A DNA stretch of 64,000 nucleotides from the IMG/VR virus record IMGVR_UViG_3300033747_000014. One strand, 5' to 3'. Under the pieces are notes generated by a model that was not told the DNA's origin, did not search any database, and worked only from the letters and a program-made list of their open reading frames with translations. Source of the stretch: a virus. Taxonomy: Duplodnaviria > Heunggongvirae > Uroviricota > Caudoviricetes. Both the position numbers and the translations under genes were made by a program. Within the stretch, counting starts at the first letter, position 1; each line of letters opens with the position of its first letter. This document shows, in pieces, positions 30,934-40,094 of this stretch.

Positions 30934-31117
30934 TATTAATTATTCATAAGCAAATTTATAAGCTTCCATAAATTCTTTAAGAGTCATATTAGGATATAAT
31001 TCTTTTAAGAATTTAGCAGCATCCATTTTAGAAATAGCATCATATCTTTCTTTTAAACTATTAGCCATTTCATTAATAACCCTTAGAGTATTTTTTGTCA
31101 TGATTTTAAATTTAAAA

Positions 31118-31411
31118 TTAGAATAATATTCTTCCTAATTCATTTCGGTATTTTCTACCGTTCATTCTTTTCAATACTTTAATTTTATGACCATCATAAA
31201 TTCCTTTCAATTCATTAAGAAGATCAGAATATTCTTCTTCGGTTGCTAATTTGGTGTTTCTAATCACGAAATTGTAAGTAGCAATTGAATGTTGTCCTAT
31301 GTGCATATAAGACAAAACATCACCATAAGCATTTTCTAATTCATAAGGAAATAGAGCAATAACATCTCCATTACTATACTTCCTAAATATTACTGTTAAT
31401 TCTTTCTTCAT
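31118..31411 (-). CDS. conserved phage hypothetical protein
   Basis: VIFRK..GDVIALFP, SYMHIGQHS and ATEEEY.DL..EL motifs; own promoter. Confidence 0.8.
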   Translation of the reverse strand: MKKELTVIFRKYSNGDVIALFPYELENAYGDVLSYMHIGQHSIATYNFVIRNTKLATEEEYSDLLNELKGIYDGHKIKVLKRMNGRKYRNELGRILF

Positions 31412-31672
31412 GATTGTTTTTGTTTTAATGATTATAATACAAATATAATTGATTTATAGATGATAACCAAATATATTGTGTTAATAAAAGTTAATCATTG
31501 AATAATAAAAATATTCTATCAATATCTTTATCTGATAATTTTGCTTCATAATGAAGATAATTTGAAATAGCCATTAATGCTTCAAATCTTCCTTGTTCAA
31601 TTTTATCATTATATATTTCAATAATGGTTTCCATTGTTGATTTTTTGTCCATGATATTTTAAATTTAAAATA

Positions 31673-31879
31673 TTAAGTAGATATAATTTCTTCTTTTTCC
31701 TCCCATGCTGTTTCAATAGCATTTTTTTGTCTAACGGTTAAAATGAAGTCTTCTTCAATCAATTCAATAAATTCTTGATAAGAATCCCCAAACAAAAATT
31801 CTTTTGCATACAATGGGTACAAATAGGTATAGAATATTTTTGAGGGATGCACGTTTAATTTTTTTCTAATAGTAGCCAT
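31673..31879 (-). CDS. hypothetical protein
   Basis: co-oriented ORF. Confidence 0.65.
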   Translation of the reverse strand: MATIRKKLNVHPSKIFYTYLYPLYAKEFLFGDSYQEFIELIEEDFILTVRQKNAIETAWEEKEEIIST

Positions 31880-31889
31880 AATTTTAAAT

Positions 31890-32153
31890 TTAAAGGTAAG
31901 ACAATTTGAAATTTGATTTTATATTGTGTTTTTCATATAGATGATTTGAAATAACACTTTCAACCATATTAATAATATCCAAATCCTCTGTTTTATGAAT
32001 ATTATCTATATTATATTCTATTTCCTCATCAAATGGTACAATAATATTATTTTGAATATCATAAATGAATATGATAACCTTACCAGAGAAATAAAACAAT
32101 CCATCACTAAAATCTTTTGTTTCTTTCTCGAATGTGTAATAGAATTTTTTCAT
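31890..32153 (-). CDS. hypothetical protein; N-terminus like 40764
   Basis: start trimmed to MKKFYYTFEK. Confidence 0.7.
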   Translation of the reverse strand: MKKFYYTFEKETKDFSDGLFYFSGKVIIFIYDIQNNIIVPFDEEIEYNIDNIHKTEDLDIINMVESVISNHLYEKHNIKSNFKLSYL

Positions 32154-32235
32154 GTTTGTTTTTGTTTTATGATTACAGTACAAATGTATTTGATTTATAA
32201 ATAAAAACCAAATATATTGTGTTAATAAATGTTAA

Positions 32236-32661
32236 TTATAAAACAGATTTAATATATTTAAAGGGATTTGTTTTAGGTAGTTTATACCTCATATATCCAA
32301 CACTAATAATAATTTTATTTTTATTCTCAATTACTTCACCAATTGAATTATCGGCCATAACATATTTATCACCAATGTTAAATTTAATATTAAACAATTC
32401 ATGTTCATAATTATGGGTAATTGAAAAATTAGGGTTGTATGATTCTTTAAAATCAAAGGGTATTTTCTTTTCCCTACAAAATTCAACAAGATCACTTGCA
32501 TCACAATCTTCTTCAAGAAAAACCCTTGTAAGATTATGACCACTATACCTACTTATTTTTTCATAAGGGTATTCAATAGCAATAAGGTCTTTCTTTGCTA
32601 TTGAAAGATACCCGTGACTTCCAGTGTCAATGAATGTTCCTTTAATTGTTTTCATGATCAT
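32236..32661 (-). CDS. conserved phage hypothetical protein
   Basis: DTGSHGYLSI and ISRYS..VFLEEDCDA motifs. Confidence 0.8.
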   Translation of the reverse strand: MIMKTIKGTFIDTGSHGYLSIAKKDLIAIEYPYEKISRYSGHNLTRVFLEEDCDASDLVEFCREKKIPFDFKESYNPNFSITHNYEHELFNIKFNIGDKYVMADNSIGEVIENKNKIIISVGYMRYKLPKTNPFKYIKSVL

Positions 32662-33074
32662 TTTATTTTTATGTTTGTATTACAAATATAGGGGTAATGA
32701 TCTAATACACCAAATAATTTTAGTTAATAAATGTTAACATTTTAAATTTAAACATTTATAGTAGTTACACTCCAGAAAAAACCCTTTTTATTTGGTTTCA
32801 TTTTACTGATATTTGTATTTAATTCTTTAACTTTCTTTTCTGCATTTGCGTAATTCTCATCAATAGTTAATGTTTTTACTGCTTTATTTTTTGTAGGATC
32901 AATTAACGAAATAATACAAGCCATAATGTTTAGTTTTAGTTATTAATATTGTATTACAAATGTAGGGATTATATTTGAATCTGCAAATTTTAAACAGTTA
33001 ATAAAAGTTAAAATATTGGTGTGTTAAATTTTGTTAAAAATTTGGTAGTTAGAGATTTAATTCGTATCTTTGTA

Positions 33075-33150
33075 TTGTTATCCTGAAGAGGGATAAGGGC
33101 GTAGCTATTATGTTTAGTAGCTGGAAGAGTAGACTCCACCCTAATAATTT
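33075..33150 (+). ncRNA. dispersed sRNA family, copy A
   Basis: promoter TATCTTTG 33065; GGGCG 33097; hairpin AGCTATTA/TAGTAGCT; GGAAGAGTAGACTCCACCC 33123-33141. Confidence 0.7.
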
Positions 33151-33176
33151 TAAAAAAATTATGTTAAGTTGTTTTC

Positions 33177-33204
33177 GTTTATCATAATGTGAGTTATAGG
33201 ACTG
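33177..33204 (-). other. dif-like tyrosine recombinase core site 1
   Basis: minus strand CAGTCCTATAA-CTCACA-TTATGATAAAC. Confidence 0.45.
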
Positions 33205-33239
33205 GTGAATCATTTAAATTTAAAGGGTTTGATGAGGTT

Positions 33240-33267
33240 ATTTATCATAATGTCAGTTATAAGACAG
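33240..33267 (-). other. dif-like tyrosine recombinase core site 2
   Basis: minus strand CTGTCTTATAA-CTGACA-TTATGATAAAT; one mismatch to the XerD arm TTATGTTAAAT. Confidence 0.45.
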
Positions 33268-33299
33268 GGGAGTTCACTATTAAACATAATATACCAATA

Positions 33300-33370
33300 T
33301 TAGGTAGGATGGAGTCTACTCTTCCTGTTACTCTAAGAATAACACCGCCCCTCATCTCTTTAAGATGATA
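33300..33370 (-). ncRNA. dispersed sRNA family, copy B
   Basis: promoter TATATTTG (33374-81, minus); GGGCGG; TGTTATTC/GAGTAACA; GGAAGAGTAGACTCCATCC. Confidence 0.7.
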
Positions 33371-33443
33371 TAACAAATATACTATTAGTTCTCCAGTGTA
33401 CCAAATTATTTAACATTTTTAACATTTCAATATATAGATAAAA

Positions 33444-33472
33444 AAAATCCTATACTTATTATATAGGATTTT
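33444..33472. terminator. intrinsic terminator
   Basis: AAAATCCTATA/TATAGGATTTT. Confidence 0.75.
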
Positions 33473-33484
33473 AAATTTAAAATA

Positions 33485-33739
33485 TTAATAATAATATTCA
33501 TTAAAGAATTTATCAATAACATTATGCGTATCATAATCAATATATTTCTTTTCCATAGCCATGAATTCTTTAAATTTATCATAGATAAATTCATTACTAT
33601 CTAAATATAAAGGTGATTGGGTTTTAATCCAATTTTTAAATTCATCTTTACATTCATTACAAATATAATACTCACCATTTACACAGGTGTCACACATTAT
33701 ATTATCACAACCGTTTTTATCACAACTTAGTACTCCCAT
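33485..33739 (-). CDS. Cys-rich Zn-binding hypothetical protein
   Basis: MGVLSCDKNGCDNIMCDTC..YICNEC. Confidence 0.75.
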   Translation of the reverse strand: MGVLSCDKNGCDNIMCDTCVNGEYYICNECKDEFKNWIKTQSPLYLDSNEFIYDKFKEFMAMEKKYIDYDTHNVIDKFFNEYYY

Positions 33740-33751
33740 AATGATTATTGT

Positions 33752-34159
33752 TTAATTTAAAATTTCAGAATTAATATTGAGGTGTAGCAAATACCCTTGT
33801 TTATGATTGTTTTTAGCTATGATTTTAAGCCTGTTTATTTTTCTATCATAATATTCCATGATAGAGATTAAACGTTCATAAACCCTATAATATTTAGATA
33901 ATTTACCAATCAGTAATAAACGAATTTTAAAAAAAGGATTTAAAGTCATTAATTTAAGTTTAAATCTTTTACCCTCTAATGAATTAATAATACTATAATA
34001 ATGAATTGCTTCATTTATTTGACGATTACCAACAGATATACTTCTTGAAGCTAAATAATCAGCATATTGATTAAACATTTTAAATTTAATATCTTTTCGA
34101 TAATCTATTTTGCTTTTAGGATAAAAATTCATAATTTTAAATTTAAAGATTGTTTTCAA
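33752..34159 (-). CDS. hypothetical basic protein
   Basis: co-oriented ORF. Confidence 0.65.
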   Translation of the reverse strand: MKTIFKFKIMNFYPKSKIDYRKDIKFKMFNQYADYLASRSISVGNRQINEAIHYYSIINSLEGKRFKLKLMTLNPFFKIRLLLIGKLSKYYRVYERLISIMEYYDRKINRLKIIAKNNHKQGYLLHLNINSEILN

Positions 34160-34901
34160 TCCATTCAGGAATTTGATTATATGGATCAGTCATTTTATTT
34201 CTTGCAATATGTGATTGCATAATTAAAAATTCAACATCTTCTTTGGTGTATAGTCTTTCACCATCATCACCCCATAATTTACCATCGGATTTTCTTTCTG
34301 ATTTTTTCCAAACAAATTCCATATTCCAAATATGTTCAATTTCTCTACCTGTTAGGGAATCTGGTTTTCTTTTGTAATATGTAAGTGCTAAACCATGTTT
34401 TTTCAACATAGAAAGATTATTCCACCATTCCATAGCTTTTTCACGGTCTGTTTTATTAGATGGATGAGTAGGACTTAATGTAGTAGAACCACAATAACAT
34501 CTCTTAGATCCTTCTTCATGGATTGATTTGCAATTTTCACAAATTAGTTTTTTCATATCTTGTTCTCCCTTAATTCTCCAATTATCAATATGAATTTTAC
34601 CAAATCCTTCACAATAAACATAACCTTCATCATCCTGAAGCTTTACTGCTTCATCATAAGGAGTATTAATAATAAACTCATCACTTATTTCTTGAGTGGT
34701 AAGAGTTTTAAATCTATGTGGGTTTAGTTCCACTATTAAATTCTCAATATATTTATTAATATCATAACCACATTCTTTCAAATAAACCAAAGATTTAAAA
34801 TACCCAAGTTCCATTGAAGGTATTATAATTTCAAAGATTTTACCATCAGATAATCTTTTAGCTTTTTTTCCTGTTAGAGTAATTCCATTAATTGTTTTCA
34901 T
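34143..34901 (-). CDS. hypothetical protein with Zn ribbon
   Basis: start trimmed to MKTING; CENC..CYC. Confidence 0.75.
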   Translation of the reverse strand: MKTINGITLTGKKAKRLSDGKIFEIIIPSMELGYFKSLVYLKECGYDINKYIENLIVELNPHRFKTLTTQEISDEFIINTPYDEAVKLQDDEGYVYCEGFGKIHIDNWRIKGEQDMKKLICENCKSIHEEGSKRCYCGSTTLSPTHPSNKTDREKAMEWWNNLSMLKKHGLALTYYKRKPDSLTGREIEHIWNMEFVWKKSERKSDGKLWGDDGERLYTKEDVEFLIMQSHIARNKMTDPYNQIPEWIENNL

Positions 34902-34990
34902 ATCTTGTTTTGTTTTATGATTACAATACAAATATATTACAACTAAATAACCTATGCAAATTATAAGTGTTAAATAATGTTAAAATAAAA

Positions 34991-35021
34991 AAAGGAATAT
35001 AGTATAAAACCATATTCCTTT
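34991..35021 (-). terminator. terminator after the ncRNA array and tRNA-Leu
   Basis: AAAGGAATAT/ATATTCCTTT stem followed by a U-tract on minus. Confidence 0.7.
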
Positions 35022-35058
35022 CTCATCATTAAACCATTAAAACAAAACTATTTGAGAG

Positions 35059-35144
35059 TGCCGAGAACAGGACTCGAACCTGCAAGACCATTACTGATCG
35101 GTAGAGTTTAATTCTACTATGTTTACCAGTTTCATCACCTCGGC
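35059..35144 (-). tRNA. trnL: tRNA-Leu(TAA)
   Basis: GCCGAGG/TCTCGGC acceptor, GTAGA-ATTAAAC-TCTAC anticodon arm, long variable arm, GGTTCGAGTCC T-loop. Confidence 0.9.
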
Positions 35145-35150
35145 ATATAA

Positions 35151-35548
35151 ACAGATGACTATTTTACTACTATCGCTATATCCATTAGTTTTAAAAAAGA
35201 TTGCTGTAAGTCATCTTATGAGATTTTCAAAAGATTTTATTTTTTAAATTTAATTATTAGACAGATTATATCTAAACGATATAAGAGTATATTTATTCCT
35301 CAATTTACTAATAATTAAAAAACAGGTAACTATATTTACGTGTCAATTTAAAAGATTGATGTATATAAATAGTTGCTGTAAGTTACCTTTTACAAGTGAC
35401 AAACGGATTTGAACCGCATCTTTAAATGTTTCAGAATTTAAATTTAACCATAGGGTGGTTGCTGTATGTCACTTTATAGAAACAGATGAGCATTTATTTA
35501 TCCAAATCATATATCAGGTTTTTTTAAATGATTGCTGTTGCTCATCTT
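35151..35548 (-). ncRNA. tandem array of four ACAGCAA stem-closed RNA units
   Basis: units 35151-35217, 35322-35389, 35392-35474, 35482-35548; 8-9 bp covarying closing stems, invariant ACAGCAA, 3' GT. Confidence 0.75.
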
Positions 35549-35625
35549 TTAATTAAGAGGTTGGTAGAAAATATTATCATGAAAACACGCTGACGTTTCA
35601 GGTGACAACCAACCTCTTTATAAAT

Positions 35626-35820
35626 TTAAAAGTTATCTAAAAGATTATTAATCTCTTTTTCAATTTTACTGGTGATGTCTGTATTACCAGATAAATTCTT
35701 ATGGGTTACAAGCATGTTTGTTAATGTTTGCAAAATCCCAACTTTCTTTTCTCTTATAGAAACATTATGTGTTTCATTATTTCTATTTTTAATAGATTCA
35801 ACTAATACATCTTCAGTCAT
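35626..35820 (-). CDS. hypothetical protein
   Basis: ORF after a promoter at ~35845-35875. Confidence 0.65.
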   Translation of the reverse strand: MTEDVLVESIKNRNNETHNVSIREKKVGILQTLTNMLVTHKNLSGNTDITSKIEKEINNLLDNF

Positions 35821-35881
35821 AAATATTTCATTTTTAATTACAGTACAAATATAACTCTTTTATTTTTCCTGTGCAAGTATT

Positions 35882-36196
35882 TTATTGATTTTTTTCAAAA
35901 ATTTCTTTAAGATCATCAATACTTTTCATTTCTTCATTATCAATCCATAAATGAGAATCGAGGTAATTTGTAAAGATACTGATTCTATCTTCCCATTCTT
36001 CATCAAATGGATCTACATCGAATTTATTAAGTGCTGTAAGATATACACTTTCGATAATTGAATTAAAATTATCATCAGATTCAATTTCAACATCCTCAAT
36101 CTCTACATCAAAATTTTTCATTTCTCTTTCAAGAAAATCAACATCGGCATATCCACAATCAAGAAATTCTGTAAGTAGTACTGTCTTAAAATCCAT
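35882..36196 (-). CDS. hypothetical acidic protein
   Basis: own promoter; IFTNYLDSHLW motif. Confidence 0.75.
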   Translation of the reverse strand: MDFKTVLLTEFLDCGYADVDFLEREMKNFDVEIEDVEIESDDNFNSIIESVYLTALNKFDVDPFDEEWEDRISIFTNYLDSHLWIDNEEMKSIDDLKEIFEKNQ

Positions 36197-36266
36197 AACG
36201 TTTAGTTTTAATGATTAATTTGATATTACAAATATAGGGTAAATATTTTAAACCACCAAATCTTTT

Positions 36267-36767
36267 TTAAAAATTCTTTAAAGATTTTACAATATCAACC
36301 ATAACACCATCAAGAAGGATTGCTTGTCCAGATGTTTCTCTACCCCAAATAGGAGCCATATATTCATCAATGATAACTTCTCCCCTATCTTTCAATTTCT
36401 CTGCAAGGAAAGGACTAACAATCCAATATTCCAATGGTTCTGGATATTCATCAAAGTCAAGATTCCCCAGTTCTTCAATTTTTTCTTCCAGTTGAGAAAT
36501 TTTTTCTTCTACTTCAATTTCTTGTTCTTCTGAAATAACTTCATGAAGTTCATCATTAAGTTGATCAATTTTTTCATCTCTATCCTCAATTATTTTATCA
36601 ATTTCCTCTTGGGTATATTCCTCACCCTCATAAATACATTTAGGTGTACAGTATTCAAAGAGTTCAATTTTATTTGTTTCGATGAGGTCTTGAACTATAT
36701 CGGTAACATTTGAATATACTTCACGACCTACAAATTCTCCAACGGTATTCTGACTTACTTTGCTCAT
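36267..36767 (-). CDS. conserved phage hypothetical acidic protein
   Basis: EYWIVS..LAEKL...GE...IWGRETSGQAILLD motif of a widespread phage family (from memory). Confidence 0.85.
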   Translation of the reverse strand: MSKVSQNTVGEFVGREVYSNVTDIVQDLIETNKIELFEYCTPKCIYEGEEYTQEEIDKIIEDRDEKIDQLNDELHEVISEEQEIEVEEKISQLEEKIEELGNLDFDEYPEPLEYWIVSPFLAEKLKDRGEVIIDEYMAPIWGRETSGQAILLDGVMVDIVKSLKNF

Positions 36768-36866
36768 AGTTTTATGTTTTAATGATTAATATTGTAGTAC
36801 AAAGATAATACAACTGTACATTATATGCAAATTTTTTATGTTAAAATTTGTTAAGTGTACATTATA

Positions 36867-37040
36867 TCAATATTTTATAAATTTAACTTTCCATTTTTTA
36901 CCAGTGGTATAATCAAAAAATTTTATCACATCATTAGGTTTACCACTATAAAACATATTTATTAGAAATCCATTAGTAATTTCATCAATAGTTTTATAAT
37001 GAGAATAAACATTATCATAATAAAATTCTACAGCTTGCAT
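36867..37040 (-). CDS. hypothetical protein
   Basis: start trimmed to MQAVEF. Confidence 0.55.
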   Translation of the reverse strand: MQAVEFYYDNVYSHYKTIDEITNGFLINMFYSGKPNDVIKFFDYTTGKKWKVKFIKY

Positions 37041-37349
37041 AATTTTAAATTTAAAGTTTTTTACATAGTGGATAATAAACACCATTCTTTTTTGACCACA
37101 ACCATTTTTCAGGATTTTGAACTCCTGAAGCATCGTGTTGATGTTGTTTTGCTATTTTCCAAGTAACTGTTTCCATAAGATTCTTTTTTCTTTATTTGTT
37201 ATTACAAAGATATGTACATTATATGTAAACTCCAAATATTAATAGTTAATAAATGTTAAAAGGTGTACATTATATACTAATCATAAGTAATATGTATTTC
37301 AGAAATATTTTCCTTTGATAATTCCAAAGAAAGATATATTGTTTTAAAT

Positions 37350-37817
37350 TTAAATTGAGTCAACAAAATCTTTAAATTTAAAAGGATGATTCATTAATTC
37401 ATATAATGAGTCATATCCAAATTCTGAAGTCCTTTTAAAATTAAATTCTGGTTTGGGATAGAATGATTCACTAATACCACCTAACTTTCCAAATGAGACT
37501 GTTTTAAAAGAGTGTCCGGTTTCTTCTATAACAAGTTCATGTTGTCCATAAATATCAGCAACACCTATTGTTATTTTCTGTATATTGATGTGTACACTGC
37601 TTAGATCTTTTAGAATTTGTTTTACATTCATAACAGTAAAGAATTTATAATTTGATTCGAATTCATCCCAAGATATTTGAATAATTGTCCAATCTTTAAA
37701 TTTAGATTGTGTTTGTTCAAAAGATTCACCTAAACTAAATTTAACTTTATCGTTTTTAATTACTTTAAAAGGTAGTTTGCCTTTTGATTTAGCAAGGATC
37801 ATTTGATCTCTATTCAT
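37350..37817 (-). CDS. hypothetical protein
   Basis: ACTGTACAAT leader. Confidence 0.75.
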   Translation of the reverse strand: MNRDQMILAKSKGKLPFKVIKNDKVKFSLGESFEQTQSKFKDWTIIQISWDEFESNYKFFTVMNVKQILKDLSSVHINIQKITIGVADIYGQHELVIEETGHSFKTVSFGKLGGISESFYPKPEFNFKRTSEFGYDSLYELMNHPFKFKDFVDSI

Positions 37818-38178
37818 ATTGTACAGTTTTTAAATTTAAAATCCCGAAACCACCATCAATTCTATCAATCAAATCATTTAGATCGTAAGATTGATAATAA
37901 TCCCAATTTTCCATAAGGTCATTCTGTACAATATCACGAACTTTTCTTATGGTAAGACCTTGGCCTTTTTTCTCCATAGGGATTTTATCTCTCTCCATGA
38001 TATAAGAATCCTCATCATTCTCATAATCTTTTCCATATCCCTTTAAGATCCTTACAAGATGATAATCCCATACATCAGGACAAATAAATATCCTAATATA
38101 TTTGTTTTCTTCATACTCTGGATTTTCTTTAAAAGCAAAATCCGTTATCTCTGTATATTTACCAAATTCAAATAGCAT
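37810..38178 (-). CDS. hypothetical protein
   Basis: co-oriented ORF. Confidence 0.75.
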   Translation of the reverse strand: MLFEFGKYTEITDFAFKENPEYEENKYIRIFICPDVWDYHLVRILKGYGKDYENDEDSYIMERDKIPMEKKGQGLTIRKVRDIVQNDLMENWDYYQSYDLNDLIDRIDGGFGILNLKTVQYE

Positions 38179-38185
38179 AATCTTT

Positions 38186-38827
38186 TTATTTTATATCAAT
38201 GAATATTCCAATTTCTTTTAATTCGTTATAATCCAAATTATGAATCAAACGTGCAAAATAATCCATAGAAACACGACCTACTTCATTTTTAAAATTAATT
38301 TTATCAGTGTTAAATCTAATTTTATTTAGGAATTGGTAACATACATATTCAATAAAGATATTTATATCACTATAAGCTTCTATATTATCCCATTCTCCAT
38401 CTTCATTTTTATAAATTAAAATGGGTCGGCCAATCCAAGAAGTGGAAATTTTAAATTTATTTTCATTGAGCAAAGGTAAAATAGTTTCAATAAAAAACTC
38501 TTTAATTTTACCATTTATAAAATCATTTACCTCATCACCTATTTTCTTAATTCCTTCTTGAATATTTGTAGCATTAGCAAACATCACTGGTTGTTCATCA
38601 ATCAAATATATTTCAGCCTGACCAGAAAAAGAAAACTTTTTAATGATAGATAATATCTCATCAATTGTATTAACATTGTCCAGTGAAGGAACCTCATCAG
38701 GTTTAACATACTGAGGATAAAAAGATGGATCGTTAATAATACCATCCTCATTCTCAAAAAAATCAGCATATTGATAAAAACCTGCCTTAGAGTATTTAAT
38801 TGTATATTTTTTTACTTTTTTAAACAT
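38186..38827 (-). CDS. hypothetical protein
   Basis: own promoter at ~38865-38900. Confidence 0.8.
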   Translation of the reverse strand: MFKKVKKYTIKYSKAGFYQYADFFENEDGIINDPSFYPQYVKPDEVPSLDNVNTIDEILSIIKKFSFSGQAEIYLIDEQPVMFANATNIQEGIKKIGDEVNDFINGKIKEFFIETILPLLNENKFKISTSWIGRPILIYKNEDGEWDNIEAYSDINIFIEYVCYQFLNKIRFNTDKINFKNEVGRVSMDYFARLIHNLDYNELKEIGIFIDIK

Positions 38828-38919
38828 AGTGGTTTGTTTTAGTTTTAATGGTTATTAATTTAATATTACAAAGATAACTACATAATTCAAATATACCAAA
38901 TATATTTAGTTAATAATTG

Positions 38920-39201
38920 TTAAAATATACGTTCAAACACATGACCAACAAAACCACCCATTTGATATTGATATGTACCAATGTACACTCTATCTACACC
39001 CATATCAAAATAAATTTCCTGACCAGTACCAAAGAGTTCAAAAAATCTTACTTCTTTGTCGTTACACGTATCGACTAATGCCCAAATACAAGGAGTATTA
39101 GTTTTTTGATCAATTTGTACTGTTAGAATTTCAGCACCTTCGGGTATAGATATTTTTGTAATATCATTAAATTCTAATTCAAATTTCCAGATAGTCATCA
39201 T
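38920..39201 (-). CDS. conserved phage hypothetical protein
   Basis: IWKF.L..., IP.GAEIL.VQ, IWALVD, GTG and YIGT motifs. Confidence 0.8.
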   Translation of the reverse strand: MMTIWKFELEFNDITKISIPEGAEILTVQIDQKTNTPCIWALVDTCNDKEVRFFELFGTGQEIYFDMGVDRVYIGTYQYQMGGFVGHVFERIF

Positions 39202-39219
39202 AATGTACAGTTTTTAAAT

Positions 39220-39474
39220 TTATCTTTGTTTAAAATTTTTATCATCAATTGAAAGATATAAAATGTGTGGAAGAACTTTTGAGGGTTTTAACATGATATT
39301 ATATCCTTTGGATAATATATCACTGATAACATAATTAATGTATCTTTCTTTTGTCGTTGTGAGAAATCCTTTAACATCAATTTCTTCATTATGTTTATAA
39401 TCCAAATCTTTAAATTTAGAACCTCGAAAATAAGATATTAATACTACGTCTATGTTTTCAAAATAATCATTCAT
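39220..39474 (-). CDS. hypothetical protein
   Basis: ACTGTACATT leader. Confidence 0.7.
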   Translation of the reverse strand: MNDYFENIDVVLISYFRGSKFKDLDYKHNEEIDVKGFLTTTKERYINYVISDILSKGYNIMLKPSKVLPHILYLSIDDKNFKQR

Positions 39475-39492
39475 AATGTACAGTTTTTAAAT

Positions 39493-39711
39493 TTAAAGTT
39501 TGGTTATATCGATAAGGTCATCTACATAGAAGACATCAATAAATTTATTTGAGTTGTCTTTATTTATAACAAACCAAACAAACTCATCAATGAATTTTTT
39601 ATTTGTTGTGGGTTTAAATTCCTTTAGGAATTCAGCAATTTGATAAGAATAAAATTCTGTTCTTAGAGTTCCCAAAGATTCACCGTTTTTATTAATTTCA
39701 ATGTACTGCAT
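39493..39711 (-). CDS. hypothetical protein
   Basis: co-oriented ORF. Confidence 0.65.
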   Translation of the reverse strand: MQYIEINKNGESLGTLRTEFYSYQIAEFLKEFKPTTNKKFIDEFVWFVINKDNSNKFIDVFYVDDLIDITKL

Positions 39712-39730
39712 AAAAATAAATTTAAAAATA

Positions 39731-40066
39731 TTAGTAGTTCAAATCAAAAATCCATTGGTTTAATTCGTCTTGATTCCAATTAATACGATTAATGAGGTCA
39801 CGAATAATCTTTTTACCCTCATTGGTAAGTTTATACCAATTAATTGCTCTGGGTGTCAATCTTGCGTATGTTGGTTCAACATACTCTTTTATTTGTTTAA
39901 CCTCTGAAAGTAAAGCAGGAAATAACAATTCTGTATCAATATCACCATTATTAAATTGGTGGATTCTTCGATAACATTCTAACAAAGGAACGTATTTTGC
40001 CTTTGCCCTAATATTGTTATCTTTTTTCCAATTTTCAATTTCTTGAAGTACTGAATTTTTAATCAT
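39731..40066 (-). CDS. hypothetical protein, possibly winged-helix
   Basis: start trimmed to MIKNSV; WYKLTNEGK motif. Confidence 0.7.
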   Translation of the reverse strand: MIKNSVLQEIENWKKDNNIRAKAKYVPLLECYRRIHQFNNGDIDTELLFPALLSEVKQIKEYVEPTYARLTPRAINWYKLTNEGKKIIRDLINRINWNQDELNQWIFDLNY

Positions 40067-40094
40067 TTCCTTTTGTTTTACTGGTTCGTTTTTA

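Noticed and set aside
35392-35474. Functional tRNA-Phe
   Set aside because: The anticodon loop is 8 nt, there is no canonical D-arm, and it carries the ACAGCAA handle; treated as an array unit.
35151-35548. CRISPR array interpretation of the ACAGCAA units
   Set aside because: The flanking sequences are not identical repeats, unit spacing is irregular, and no cas genes are present.
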